Source: Galbibacter sp.
GTDB lineage: Bacteria; Bacteroidota; Bacteroidia; Flavobacteriales; Flavobacteriaceae
Direction of reading: 5' to 3'
DNA: 64,000 bases
Assembly: GCF_035306585.1 (NCBI RefSeq)
Contig: NZ_DATGNU010000051.1
Coordinates: 556 to 64,555 of the forward strand
The position numbers and the translations under genes were made by a program. The notes beneath the pieces were generated by a model, which was not told the DNA's origin, did no database searches, and saw only the letters and a list, made by a program, of their open reading frames with translations. Positions within the stretch are counted from its first letter, which is position 1. Each line of letters begins with the position of its first letter. This document shows positions 1-9,816 of the stretch, piece by piece.

Positions 1-2370
1 CACTTGCTGAGGCATACCTGCCATCTTAGCAACATGAATTCCAAAGCTATGCTGACTACCTCCGGGCTCTAATTTTCTTAAAAACAGTACATTGTCCTTG
101 AGTTCCTTTACAGACACATTATAATTCTTAATTCTGTCAAATGTGGAGCTCATCTCGTTAAGCTCATGGTAATGTGTTGCAAATAATGTCTTAGCCCGGT
201 GTGGATGTTCGTGGATGTATTCTGCAATAGCCCATGCTATAGAGATACCATCATAAGTGCTAGTTCCTCTACCTATTTCATCCAACAGAATTAAACTGCG
301 TTCAGAACTGTTATTTAGTATAGACGCAGTTTCATTCATCTCTACCATAAAAGTGGATTCACCAAGAGAGATGTTGTCACTTGCACCCACGCGTGTAAAG
401 ATTTTATCAATAATTCCAATGCGCGCTTTTTCCGCAGGAACAAAACTTCCAATTTGCGCCAATAACACGATAAGCGCTGTTTGTCTCAAGATAGCAGACT
501 TACCACTCATGTTGGGTCCAGTGATCATAATGATCTGCTGATCTTTCCTGTCTAAAAAAGTACTATTTGCAATATAGGATTCCCCAGGCTGCAATTGTTT
601 TTCAATTACAGGGTGCCTCCCATTGACAATATCAATATCAAAACTCTCATCCAATTCGGGATGATTGTAGTTATTCTCCTGTGCGAGCTGTGCAAAGCCA
701 CATAAGCAATCCAATTGAGCAATGATAGATGCATTTTTTTGTACCTGCTCGATGTAAGAATGCATCCAAAGTATAAGCTCATTAAACAACCGAAGTTCCA
801 GGCTTGCTATTTTTTCCTCTGCTCCTAATATTTTAGCCTCATACTCTTTTAATTCCTCGGTGATGTAACGTTCTGCATTCACTAAGGTTTGTTTTCGTAT
901 CCAATGCTCCGGAACCTTATCCTTATGAGAATTCCTTACTTCGATATAATACCCAAAAACGTTGTTACTGGCAATTTTAAGCGAACTAATTCCCGTATTT
1001 TGAGTCTCTCTTTTGAGCATATTATCCAGGTAGTCCTTTCCAGAATAAGCCAATTCACGCAATTCATCAAGTTCTTCAGAAAACCCTTCTGCAATGGTAA
1101 CTCCTTTAGCGATATTGGTGGGTGCCTCGGGATGTAAGGTTTGCTCAATACGGTTGCGAAGCGCTTTACAAATATCTATTTGAGCTCCCAAAGCTTTTAA
1201 ATCCTCATTTTTACTCTCATCAATAGCTTTTTTTATAGGCTCGATAGCATCCAGGGAATTTTTTAAATAAACCACTTCTCTCGGGTTTATCTTCCCGGTG
1301 GCAATTTTAGAAATCAAGCGTTCTAAATCACTGATCTGCTTTATTTGTTCCCGAAACCAGTTCCTAAGGTTTTGGTCAATTTTAAAGAAACTTACAATCT
1401 GATGCCTTCGCTTAATATCTTGGATGTTTTTAAGTGGAAGAGCCAGCCATCTCTTAAGCAATCTTCCACCCATCGGGGAAATGGTCTTATCAATCACATC
1501 TAATAAGCTAACCGCATTAGTGTGCCCAGTGTTGTAGAGCTCTAAGTTTCTAATAGTAAAACGATCCATCCACACATACTGCTCCTCTGCAATGCGTGAT
1601 ATAGATGTAATATGATCCAGTTTTTTATTCTGAGTCTCGGAGAGATAATACAAAATCGCGCCTGAGGCGATGATCCCGTACTTTAGTTGATCAATGCCAA
1701 ATCCTTTCAGCGACTTGGTTTGAAAGTGCTCATTCAAGGTTTCATTAGCATAATCTTCTTGAAACACCCAATCCTCCACAAAAAAAGCGTGAAGTTCTTT
1801 TGTGAAGTCCGCTCTAAATTGCATTTTAAATTTCTTTGAAACCAACACCTCACTGGGAGAAAAGTTTTGAAGTAATTTAGAAATATACTCCTTAGGACCC
1901 TCAGCAGTGAGGTATTCCCCAGTGGAGATATCTAGAAAAGAAATTCCCAAATACTTTTTATCATAATGAATAGCGCAAAGGAAGTTATTGGATTTGGCAG
2001 CAAGGATATCATCGTTCAGTGCCACACCAGGGGTAACGAGTTCAGTAACTCCCCTTTTTACAATGGTTTTAGTGAGTTTAGGATCTTCTAATTGATCACA
2101 GATAGCTACCCGTTTACCAGCCTTTACTAATTTGGGTAAATACGTATTTAATGAATGATGGGGAAAGCCCGCGAGTTCCGTTCTATCACTTCCATTATTT
2201 CGGTGCGTTTGAACAATGCCCAATATTTTGGAGGTCACCACGGCATCTTCGCCAAAGGTTTCATAAAAGTCACCAACTCTAAACAATAGTAAGGCGTCAG
2301 GATACTTTGCCTTAATGCTATTGTATTGATTCATTAAAGGAGTTACTTTTTTAGTTTTATAAGCTGCCAA
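1..2370 (-). CDS. mutS: DNA mismatch repair protein MutS (3' end runs off the window)
   Basis: Manual translation from TTG at 2370: [40 protein letters not shown]...; C-terminal part has [11 protein letters not shown]-loop, [32 protein letters not shown]. Not in the ORF track because it is truncated. Confidence 0.97.
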   Translation of the reverse strand, partial: MAAYKTKKVTPLMNQYNSIKAKYPDALLLFRVGDFYETFGEDAVVTSKILGIVQTHRNNGSDRTELAGFPHHSLNTYLPKLVKAGKRVAICDQLEDPKLTKTIVKRGVTELVTPGVALNDDILAAKSNNFLCAIHYDKKYLGISFLDISTGEYLTAEGPKEYISKLLQNFSPSEVLVSKKFKMQFRADFTKELHAFFVEDWVFQEDYANETLNEHFQTKSLKGFGIDQLKYGIIASGAILYYLSETQNKKLDHITSISRIAEEQYVWMDRFTIRNLELYNTGHTNAVSLLDVIDKTISPMGGRLLKRWLALPLKNIQDIKRRHQIVSFFKIDQNLRNWFREQIKQISDLERLISKIATGKINPREVVYLKNSLDAIEPIKKAIDESKNEDLKALGAQIDICKALRNRIEQTLHPEAPTNIAKGVTIAEGFSEELDELRELAYSGKDYLDNMLKRETQNTGISSLKIASNNVFGYYIEVRNSHKDKVPEHWIRKQTLVNAERYITEELKEYEAKILGAEEKIASLELRLFNELILWMHSYIEQVQKNASIIAQLDCLCGFAQLAQENNYNHPELDESFDIDIVNGRHPVIEKQLQPGESYIANSTFLDRKDQQIIMITGPNMSGKSAILRQTALIVLLAQIGSFVPAEKARIGIIDKIFTRVGASDNISLGESTFMVEMNETASILNNSSERSLILLDEIGRGTSTYDGISIAWAIAEYIHEHPHRAKTLFATHYHELNEMSSTFDRIKNYNVSVKELKDNVLFLRKLEPGGSQHSFGIHVAKMAGMPQQV

Positions 2371-2571
2371 AATACGTTTTTTATGTTCTTTGACGAAAGT
2401 ATTATTTTTTATGCTGAAATTCCATTTCTAAAGGAAGTTTTCAGTGTAATCTTCTAAAAAATCACTTTCAAAGAATTTCTTCTAATCTAGACTTCTCCTA
2501 TTAATTCTCTTTTTAGAGGCCATTTGCCTTTACCGATGATATTTGGTTACTTTTGTCCTAAAATAGGAAAA

Positions 2572-3102
2572 ATGCGAAAATTAAAGAACAGCGAGTTAAA
2601 TAGACTGGAAGTAGAAGCTTTTAAAAAGGCTCCAAAAACTCCTATTGTCATAGTACTAGATAACATCAGAAGTCTAAATAATATCGGTTCTGTTTTTCGT
2701 ACTGCAGATGCATTTTTAATTGAAAAGATCTACCTGTGTGGGATTACGGCCACACCACCCCATAAAGATATTCATAAAACCGCCTTGGGTGCAACAGAGA
2801 GTGTAGCGTGGGAATATATGGAGCATACTGGGGAGGTGATCGATTCTTTAAAAAACCAAGGAATAATTACCATCGCTATTGAACAGGCAGAAAATGCGAC
2901 CATGTTAGATCAATTTACGGTGGATCCTTCTAGAAAATACGCCGTTGTATTTGGAAATGAAGTTAAAGGAGTGCAACAAGAAATAGTAAGTAGCACGGAC
3001 CATGTTGTGGAAATACCTCAATTTGGAACGAAACACTCATTAAACATTTCGGTAAGTGCTGGGGTTGTAATCTGGGATCTGTTTTCAAAATTAGCGCGCT
3101 AA
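2572..3102 (+). CDS. TrmH/SpoU family RNA methyltransferase
   Basis: VLDNIRSLNNIGSVFRTADAF, VFGNEVKGV and IPQFGTKHSLNISV SPOUT motifs; ATG at 2572 preferred over the track start at 2524. Confidence 0.92.
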   Translation: MRKLKNSELNRLEVEAFKKAPKTPIVIVLDNIRSLNNIGSVFRTADAFLIEKIYLCGITATPPHKDIHKTALGATESVAWEYMEHTGEVIDSLKNQGIITIAIEQAENATMLDQFTVDPSRKYAVVFGNEVKGVQQEIVSSTDHVVEIPQFGTKHSLNISVSAGVVIWDLFSKLAR

Positions 3103-3128
3103 AAAAAGGGACCCGATAAACGAATCCC
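3102..3128 (-). terminator. Intrinsic terminator downstream of folK-dNK
   Basis: Minus strand GGGATTCG-TTTAT-CGGGTCCC stem followed by a T run. Confidence 0.7.
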
Positions 3129-3248
3129 AGGAAATATATTAAGTAAAGTTAGCTAGTTTCCTACCATAAAATTGCCCCACGAATTAAGTGAAGATTAGGC
3201 AATAAACCAAAATATTTCTTAAATATTTCTAAAAATTCCTAAGAGGGT

Positions 3249-4409
3249 CTAACCGTTTTCATGGATTTTATCAATGATTAACTGATAGTGATTTTGGTGC
3301 TCAACAAAATCTAACTCAGTGACATCTATAACAATAGGGTTTATTTCCGGGTGAGACTTAATGAACTGTAAGTACGCCGAATTGATACTTTTTAAATAGC
3401 CAGGGTCAATTTGTTGTTCGTAGTGGCGACCACGCTTTTTAATATTTTCTAAAAGACGCTCATGGCTTTGAAATAAATACACATAGACATCTGGCTTGAC
3501 CACCTCTTTATACATGATGTTAAAGAGTTTCCGGTACAAATCGAACTCTTCTTTTTGAAGAGTGACATTGGCAAAAATCAATGACTTAAAGATATCGTAA
3601 TCACTAATCATAAAGTTATGGAAGAGGTTCGGCTTAGAAGTGTCGGCGGTAAATTGCTGATAACGATCGGCTAGAAAAGACATCTCAAGGGTAAAGGCAT
3701 ACCGATTTCGATCCTGATAGAATTTTGGAAGAAACGGGTTATCTGCAAACCGTTCCAAAATAAGTTGTCCGTTAAAATCCTCTGCAATTTTAGTTGCTAG
3801 TGTCGTTTTCCCAGCCCCGATATTTCCTTCAATGGCAATAAATCTATATTTAGAGAAATTGTTTTTTTTGAATTGGAGCTCATGCGTTGTTTTTACAATT
3901 GAACTTTGATCCTCGCATTGTTCCAAGAGTTCACTGACAGATTTTTTAAAAACAGGATGTATTTTTCCTGGTATGATTTCCGCCAAGGGTTCTAGGACAA
4001 AACGCCTGAGCTGCATAGCGGGATGAGGTACTGTTAGATGCTTGTTTTCTATGATATAGTCGTGGTAAAACACGATGTCGAGATCAATGGTACGCGCTGC
4101 GTAGTGCTCCGACTTGGGATCCCGAGTCCTGCCAAGAGTGGTTTCAATGCGTAGCATACAGTTTAGCAATTCTTCAGGGTTGAGAGCGGTATCAATACCT
4201 AAACAGATATTATAAAAATCATCACTTTCAAACCCCCAAGCAGGAGATTCGTATATAGAAGAACAGGAAGTAATGGTCCCTCCTTTTTCGTTTAGGAGTT
4301 CAATGGCCTTTTGCAAATTGGCTTGGCGATCACCTAAATTACTTCCTACTGACAGATATGCGCGTTTGACTAAATGTTCCACCTTGCAAAGAAACAAAAG
4401 AGGGGTCAT
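3249..4409 (-). CDS. folK: HPPK (FolK) fused to a C-terminal deoxynucleoside kinase domain
   Basis: N-half AYLSVGSNLGDR, RTIDLDI, LTVPHP, RRFVLEPL (HPPK); C-half IAIEGNIGAGKTT, ERFADNPFLPKFY (dNK). Start may be GTG at 4382. Confidence 0.93.
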   Translation of the reverse strand: MTPLLFLCKVEHLVKRAYLSVGSNLGDRQANLQKAIELLNEKGGTITSCSSIYESPAWGFESDDFYNICLGIDTALNPEELLNCMLRIETTLGRTRDPKSEHYAARTIDLDIVFYHDYIIENKHLTVPHPAMQLRRFVLEPLAEIIPGKIHPVFKKSVSELLEQCEDQSSIVKTTHELQFKKNNFSKYRFIAIEGNIGAGKTTLATKIAEDFNGQLILERFADNPFLPKFYQDRNRYAFTLEMSFLADRYQQFTADTSKPNLFHNFMISDYDIFKSLIFANVTLQKEEFDLYRKLFNIMYKEVVKPDVYVYLFQSHERLLENIKKRGRHYEQQIDPGYLKSINSAYLQFIKSHPEINPIVIDVTELDFVEHQNHYQLIIDKIHENG

Positions 4410-4533
4410 TAAAAATGGTGCTTTGAAAAATATTTATAAACAATCGTCATATTCAGGATCGATTTAATGTGTTATAAATATTTGTTTTTTTGGTATAGGC
4501 AATTATCTTTGACTATCATTGAGAATAAAAAAT

Positions 4534-6297
4534 ATGAAGTTTTTAAGAAATTTGTTAGCGGCAATTTTAGGTACTTTAATTGCTTTTGGAATAGCGTTTA
4601 TGTTTTTCCTTATAATCGCCACCATTGCAGGTAGTGCTGAACAACCCATTGTAGTAAAAGACAATTCTGTATTAGAACTTAGCTTCGATCAACCCCTAAA
4701 GGACTACGGAGGAAAATATAAGTTTACTGATTTGGATTATCAGTTTGAGGAATATAATGGGGTAAATAACGTTTTGTTTGCCATAAAAAATGCGGCTGAA
4801 GACGATAAAATAAAAGGGATTAGTATTCATAGCTCCTTTCTTACTACGGGTGCAGCAACAACTAAATCGATCAGAGATGCCATATTAGCTTTTAAGGAAT
4901 CAGGCAAATTTGTCTATGCCTATGGTGATATGTATATGCAAAAAGATTATTACCTAGCCTCTGTGGCAGATTCCGTGTTTTTAAACCCCACAGGAACATT
5001 AGATTTTCGAGGACTTTCTTCTGAAGTGTTATTTTTTAAAGAGCTTCAAGAAAATTCAGGGATCAAAATGGAGGTGATCAGACATGGAAAATACAAAAGT
5101 GCTGTAGAACCCTTTTTGTCTAATACCATGAGTCCTGAAAACAGGCAACAGATTACGGAGCTCCTACTTTCCGTATGGGATACCTACCTTGAGGACATAG
5201 GACAAAGTAGATCTATGACCAAACAAGAGCTCAATACCTATGCGGATAATTTAGCCACTCGAACCCCAGCTCTTGCACTTGAAAATAACTTTGTAGATGG
5301 TCTAGTGTATATGGATCAATACATAAGTTCTATTAAACAGCAATTAGGACTTTCATCGAACCAAGATTTCAATCATATTAATATTTTAGATTATGCAGAG
5401 TACGCTTCCAAAGTCATAAAAACTAAGGAGCCTGACCGAATTGCAGTAATCTACGCTCAAGGTGAAATAGGATATGGTAAGGGAAATGACAATTATATAG
5501 GACAAGACATCATGTTTAAATCCCTTAAAAAAGCCCGTGAAGACGATCGTATTAAAGCTATTGTCCTTCGAATTAACTCACCAGGAGGAATGGCCATTAC
5601 CTCAGATATCATCTGGCGAGAAATACAAGTGACAAAAGAAATAAAACCAGTGATTGTTTCTATGGGAGATCTAGCGGCCTCAGGAGGATATTATATAGCT
5701 GTAGCGGGGGATAAAATATTTGCTGAACCAAGTACCATTACAGGGTCCATAGGTGTTTTTGCTGCTTTGCCAAATGTGAGTAATTTAGCTAGCAATTGGG
5801 GGATTAATGCCGAGCAAGTTAACACCAATAAAAACGCTACCGCTTATAGTGTTTTTGAGCCAGCCTCAGAAAATTTCAAGGACTATATGAAGATGGGGAT
5901 CGAGGACTTTTATCAAACCTTTTTAAAGAAAGTAGCACAAGGCAGATCTATGACCATCTCAGAGGTGGATGCTGTAGCCCAAGGTCGTGTTTGGACTGGA
6001 GAGCAAGCCGTAGAAAAAGGATTGGTAGATGAAATTGGCGGTCTTGACCAAGCTATTGCTTATGCCGCTAGTTCAACTGGGATAAGTTCTTATAGTATTG
6101 AAAACTATCCCGTTTATGAGACTTCCATTGAAGAACTCCTTAGAGGTTTGTCTGGTTTTGGCTTTGCAGAAACCAAAGAAGCACTTCTAAAAGAAGAGCT
6201 CGGAGAGGAGTTTTATAAGGTAATGCAACAATTAAAAGCAGTGGGTACAAAAAAAGGAGTCCAAGCAAGACTACCTTTTGAGATCAACATCCATTAG
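4534..6297 (+). CDS. sppA: Signal peptide peptidase SppA (67K type, protease IV)
   Basis: N-terminal TM helix, GKYKSAVEP, LRINSPGG, SMGDLAASGGYY, TITGSIGV, AQGRVWTG; TATCTTTG promoter element at 4504-4511. Confidence 0.95.
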   Translation: MKFLRNLLAAILGTLIAFGIAFMFFLIIATIAGSAEQPIVVKDNSVLELSFDQPLKDYGGKYKFTDLDYQFEEYNGVNNVLFAIKNAAEDDKIKGISIHSSFLTTGAATTKSIRDAILAFKESGKFVYAYGDMYMQKDYYLASVADSVFLNPTGTLDFRGLSSEVLFFKELQENSGIKMEVIRHGKYKSAVEPFLSNTMSPENRQQITELLLSVWDTYLEDIGQSRSMTKQELNTYADNLATRTPALALENNFVDGLVYMDQYISSIKQQLGLSSNQDFNHINILDYAEYASKVIKTKEPDRIAVIYAQGEIGYGKGNDNYIGQDIMFKSLKKAREDDRIKAIVLRINSPGGMAITSDIIWREIQVTKEIKPVIVSMGDLAASGGYYIAVAGDKIFAEPSTITGSIGVFAALPNVSNLASNWGINAEQVNTNKNATAYSVFEPASENFKDYMKMGIEDFYQTFLKKVAQGRSMTISEVDAVAQGRVWTGEQAVEKGLVDEIGGLDQAIAYAASSTGISSYSIENYPVYETSIEELLRGLSGFGFAETKEALLKEELGEEFYKVMQQLKAVGTKKGVQARLPFEINIH

Positions 6298-6330
6298 TAG
6301 CATGACAAAGCATCATTTCGATTTAAAAAA

Positions 6331-7068
6331 TTAGTTTCTAATGACAACGGGAATCAAAGAGCTTTCAAGGGCCGCATGGTCTAAGGAAGCTCTATTTGAT
6401 TTGATATTACCCAATGTAGGAACACCGCTTTTAAAATTTTGTAAATAGTAAACGCCCTTGTAGGACTTTTGATTTAAAAATCCACTCATCGATAAGATAT
6501 CAGCTGAGGTAAGTAGGCTCTGATGTACGGTAGTTCGGACCTCAAAAGGTATATCATAAAAGAGAAGAAGATCTAGTGAAGCTGAGAACTCCTCAAAGAA
6601 ACGACCACCTGTAATAGCAATTTCTTTTTCAGGCATAGCCTTGAAATCAAGGGCGACATAGTCGATTAATGTATCCTCAAGTAAAGTTTGAAGCACCTTA
6701 GGTTTGCTACCATTGGTGTCTACTTTTACTAAAAATCCTAACTGTTTAACAGCGGCGATAAATTCTATAAAATAAGGATGCATGGTACATTCACCGCCAC
6801 TCATTACCACCCCATTTAATAAACCTATCCGTGTTTTTAGAAATCCTAGGGCATCGTTATACCTTAAGGAACCTTTGCCTAAAACGATATCAGGGTTATA
6901 ACAATATAAGCACCTCATGTTACAACCGCTAAACCAAAAAATACAGGCAGGATGCCCTGGGAAATCGAGTAGGGTAAAGGGGGTAATTGAATAAATATTT
7001 TTAGCAGTTCTCTTTAAAATGTGTACGTTGCTTGTGTTCACCTTTCTTTCCAATATTAAAACTTTCAA
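6331..7068 (-). CDS. nrdG: Anaerobic ribonucleotide reductase activating radical-SAM protein
   Basis: CxxxCxxC (GCNMRCLYCYN), SGGECT, DTNGS; downstream of nrdD. Start uncertain (TTG 7068 or GTG 7041), both inside the upstream small ORF. Confidence 0.92.
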   Translation of the reverse strand: MKVLILERKVNTSNVHILKRTAKNIYSITPFTLLDFPGHPACIFWFSGCNMRCLYCYNPDIVLGKGSLRYNDALGFLKTRIGLLNGVVMSGGECTMHPYFIEFIAAVKQLGFLVKVDTNGSKPKVLQTLLEDTLIDYVALDFKAMPEKEIAITGGRFFEEFSASLDLLLFYDIPFEVRTTVHQSLLTSADILSMSGFLNQKSYKGVYYLQNFKSGVPTLGNIKSNRASLDHAALESSLIPVVIRN

Positions 7069-7162
7069 CAGGTCTGTGGTATCCCATTACACGGGTATAC
7101 ACCAAACACTTAGTTCTTAATTCATTGAGTTGGTCTAAATCTTGTTGTGCGATTGGTTTCAT
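7001..7162 (-). CDS. Stand-alone 53-aa glycyl-radical domain of class III RNR (detached NrdD C-terminus)
   Basis: Manual translation: MKPIAQQDLDQLNELRTKCLVYTRVMGYHRPVESFNIGKKGEHKQRTHFKENC*. Contains the RVxGY glycyl-radical motif that the adjacent NrdD lacks; A-rich region before the ATG. Confidence 0.9.
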   Translation of the reverse strand: MKPIAQQDLDQLNELRTKCLVYTRVMGYHRPVESFNIGKKGEHKQRTHFKENC

Positions 7163-7247
7163 TTTGTTTGAAATTTTAAGGTCTGATTCCTCTCAGACGG
7201 TTGATATATTTAGTTTATGAAATTAAATTAGCCTGGGCCTTATCAGT

Positions 7248-9362
7248 TTAACTGGTCAAGACCTGCGATTCATGTTCCATAGTATCCAAGAGCTCCTTAT
7301 CACAATGTGGACAATATTCATGCTCCCCATTGAGGTACCCATGAACAGGACAAATACTAAAAACAGGGGTGACAGTGATATAAGGAAGTTTAAATTTTGT
7401 CAGAACTGTTTTTACAAATCTTCTGCATGACTCCGCGGAACTGATTTTCTCATTCATATATAGGTGAAGCACCGTTCCACCAGTATACTTGCATTGTAAC
7501 TCATCCTGCATTAGGAGGGCTTCAAATGGATCCTCCGTGTAATCAACAGGCAGTTGTGAGCTATTAGTGTAATAGGGGTTTTTAGGTGTTCCAGCCTGTA
7601 TAATATTCGGATATCGCTTTAGATCCTCCTTTGCAAACCTGTAGGTAGTCCCTTCTGCCGGGGTAGCCTCAAGATTATACAAATTTCCAGTATCTTCTTG
7701 AAAAGTTTTTAGGCGTTTTCGTATATGGTCGAGGATTTCTATGGCCATATCATGCCCGGAATTATCTGTTAGATCATGACGATCCCTTGTAAAGTTTCGT
7801 ACCATTTCATTCATCCCGTTCACGCCAATGGTGGAAAAATGATTTCTAAAATGTGTTAGGTATCGACTGGTATAGGGATATAAGCCCCGATCAAACATCT
7901 GTTGAATAAAGACCCGTTTTTTCTCTAAAGTTGACTTGGCCAGATCCAGTAAATGATCCATAGCCTGATAAAGTGCTTCTTTCTTTCCAGGGTAAAGAAA
8001 ACCTAATCTAGCCATATTTAGGGTGACTACACCAAGACTACCAGTCATTTCTGCACTTCCAAAAAGACCATTACCGCGCTTTAATAATTCACGAAGATCC
8101 AGTTGAAGTCTACAACACATGCTCCTTACAGCGTTGGGAGCATAGGCCTCTGGATTTGGAACACGCACACCTTTATCGTTGATTATATACTGGCTTCCTA
8201 TAAAATTTTGGAAGTAAGAGGATCCTATCTTTGCAGTGTTCTCAAACAAGATATCCGTATTAGGGCCATACCAATCAAAATCTTCAGTAATATTCACTGT
8301 TGGTATAGGGAAGGTGAATGGCTGTCCAGAAGCATCTCCTTCGGTCATTACTTGATAATAAGCCCTATTAATTAGTTGCATTTCCTGACTAAAATGTTCA
8401 TACCGTAACTTGGTCAGTTCATCTACACCTCTTTTTTTGGCTAGCACTAACAATTGTTGGTCATTCACCCCTTCAAACAGATGCTTTCCTTGGCGTGTAG
8501 GAATTTGTGTTTTTAAATCCTCAGGCACCACCCAATCCAAGGTAATGTTCGTAAAGGGGGATTGTCCCCAACGCGCAGGAACGTTGAGGTTATATACAAA
8601 GCTGCGAATGGCCTTTAGGATCTGGTCAAAGTTAAGTTGGTCCTTAAAAACATAGGGTGCTAAATAAGTGTCAAAGGAACTGAAGGCCTGTGCTCCAGCC
8701 CATTCGCTTTGTAAGATCCCCAAAAAGTTTGCCATTTGACCCAAGGCTTCTCTAAGGTGATTTGGTGGACGACTCTCTACGCGACCACGAACACCATTAA
8801 ACCCCTCATCCAGTAGCACTCTTAAACTCCAACCAGCGCAGTATCCAGTTAAACAATCCAAATCGTGAATATGCAAATCACCGCAACGGTGCGCCTGTCC
8901 CTCTATTTTGGAGTAAACTCGATCCAACCAATAGTTCGCGATTAACTTGCCCGCAGCATTGTTGACAAGGCCTGCATTGGAGTAGGAGGTGTTTGCATTG
9001 GCATTAATTCTCCAATCGGTTTGTTCGATATACTCTGCCACCGCCTGCGAACTGTCTACATAGGTGGTAAAGGGATTAAATCCCTCGCTGTGTTCCCGCT
9101 GCATTTTACGGGTATATCGGTAAAGTGTAAAAGATCGCAATACTTCAAAGTAACCAGCGTCAAAAAGCTCCCGTTCAATGGCATCTTGAATATCTTCCAC
9201 AGATAGGACGGATTTATGTTCAATTTTACGCATCAAACGATTGTAGAGCTGGGTATCGGTAGTCTGTTGAACGCTACTAAAGGCTTTATCCAAAGCGATG
9301 AGTATTTTATAACCTTCTAAAGGCACATAGGCGCCTGACCTTTTAACAACTACGTTTTTCAT
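7248..9362 (-). CDS. nrdD: Class III ribonucleoside-triphosphate reductase catalytic subunit lacking the glycyl-radical tail
   Basis: N-terminal ATP cone (VVKRSG), HIHDLD, GYCAGW, SMCCRL finger loop, YNLEATPAEG, YYTNS, YTGGTVLH, C-terminal CPVHGYLNGEHEYCPHC zinc ribbon. Confidence 0.95.
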   Translation of the reverse strand: MKNVVVKRSGAYVPLEGYKILIALDKAFSSVQQTTDTQLYNRLMRKIEHKSVLSVEDIQDAIERELFDAGYFEVLRSFTLYRYTRKMQREHSEGFNPFTTYVDSSQAVAEYIEQTDWRINANANTSYSNAGLVNNAAGKLIANYWLDRVYSKIEGQAHRCGDLHIHDLDCLTGYCAGWSLRVLLDEGFNGVRGRVESRPPNHLREALGQMANFLGILQSEWAGAQAFSSFDTYLAPYVFKDQLNFDQILKAIRSFVYNLNVPARWGQSPFTNITLDWVVPEDLKTQIPTRQGKHLFEGVNDQQLLVLAKKRGVDELTKLRYEHFSQEMQLINRAYYQVMTEGDASGQPFTFPIPTVNITEDFDWYGPNTDILFENTAKIGSSYFQNFIGSQYIINDKGVRVPNPEAYAPNAVRSMCCRLQLDLRELLKRGNGLFGSAEMTGSLGVVTLNMARLGFLYPGKKEALYQAMDHLLDLAKSTLEKKRVFIQQMFDRGLYPYTSRYLTHFRNHFSTIGVNGMNEMVRNFTRDRHDLTDNSGHDMAIEILDHIRKRLKTFQEDTGNLYNLEATPAEGTTYRFAKEDLKRYPNIIQAGTPKNPYYTNSSQLPVDYTEDPFEALLMQDELQCKYTGGTVLHLYMNEKISSAESCRRFVKTVLTKFKLPYITVTPVFSICPVHGYLNGEHEYCPHCDKELLDTMEHESQVLTS

Positions 9363-9816
9363 GAGATTCTTTCTGTTGAGTTACCGTTAGTATGGTGCTG
9401 GTTAGACAAATTTATAAATAATAAGACTATTTTGTCCGATTTTATAAAATACTAATTAACAATCTACTATCAACTTTAGTTGAAAACGATATTAACAGTT
9501 AAACCCCTATTTTGTTCATAAGTTCGTAGAACCTATATTATCACCGTTCTAGCAGCAAATCTAAATGAAAAAAACAGCACAACATCGCATAAAATTGGTG
9601 GCCGATAGTTATCTGAAATAAGCGAAATATATAAGCGATTTATATCCGAATCCAAGATTAGGGGGTTGGATTAATCAATACCAGAACTAATCTGTAGCTG
9701 GATTCTATGCGTATATAAGATGAAAACATTAAACTTTTATTAAATTCTTGTGTAGTGTAGGGGAAATGCTGCAAATTTGTGTAAACACATAATGAACCCC
9801 CCAAAAAAGTAATAAA

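Noticed and set aside
257-1148. Short ORFs at 257-541, 889-1137 and 936-1148
   Set aside because: Antisense or alternate-frame shadows of mutS; the same applies to the many short track ORFs overlapping long genes elsewhere in the window
7163-7260. Translational bypass or readthrough joining nrdD to the glycyl-radical ORF (the nrdD TAA sits in the loop of a weak hairpin)
   Set aside because: No matching Ser landing codon (AGT/AGC) in the spacer, multiple stop codons in the gap, and the small ORF has its own ATG; separate translation is simpler
9363-9816. Fnr-like or NrdR box upstream of nrdD
   Set aside because: Two TAnnTTTG elements are present (9414-9407, 9563-9556) but no TGA-N6-TCA at the 29.5-bp spacing; CGATAGTTATCT at 9603 is degenerate and misplaced; no convincing NrdR box
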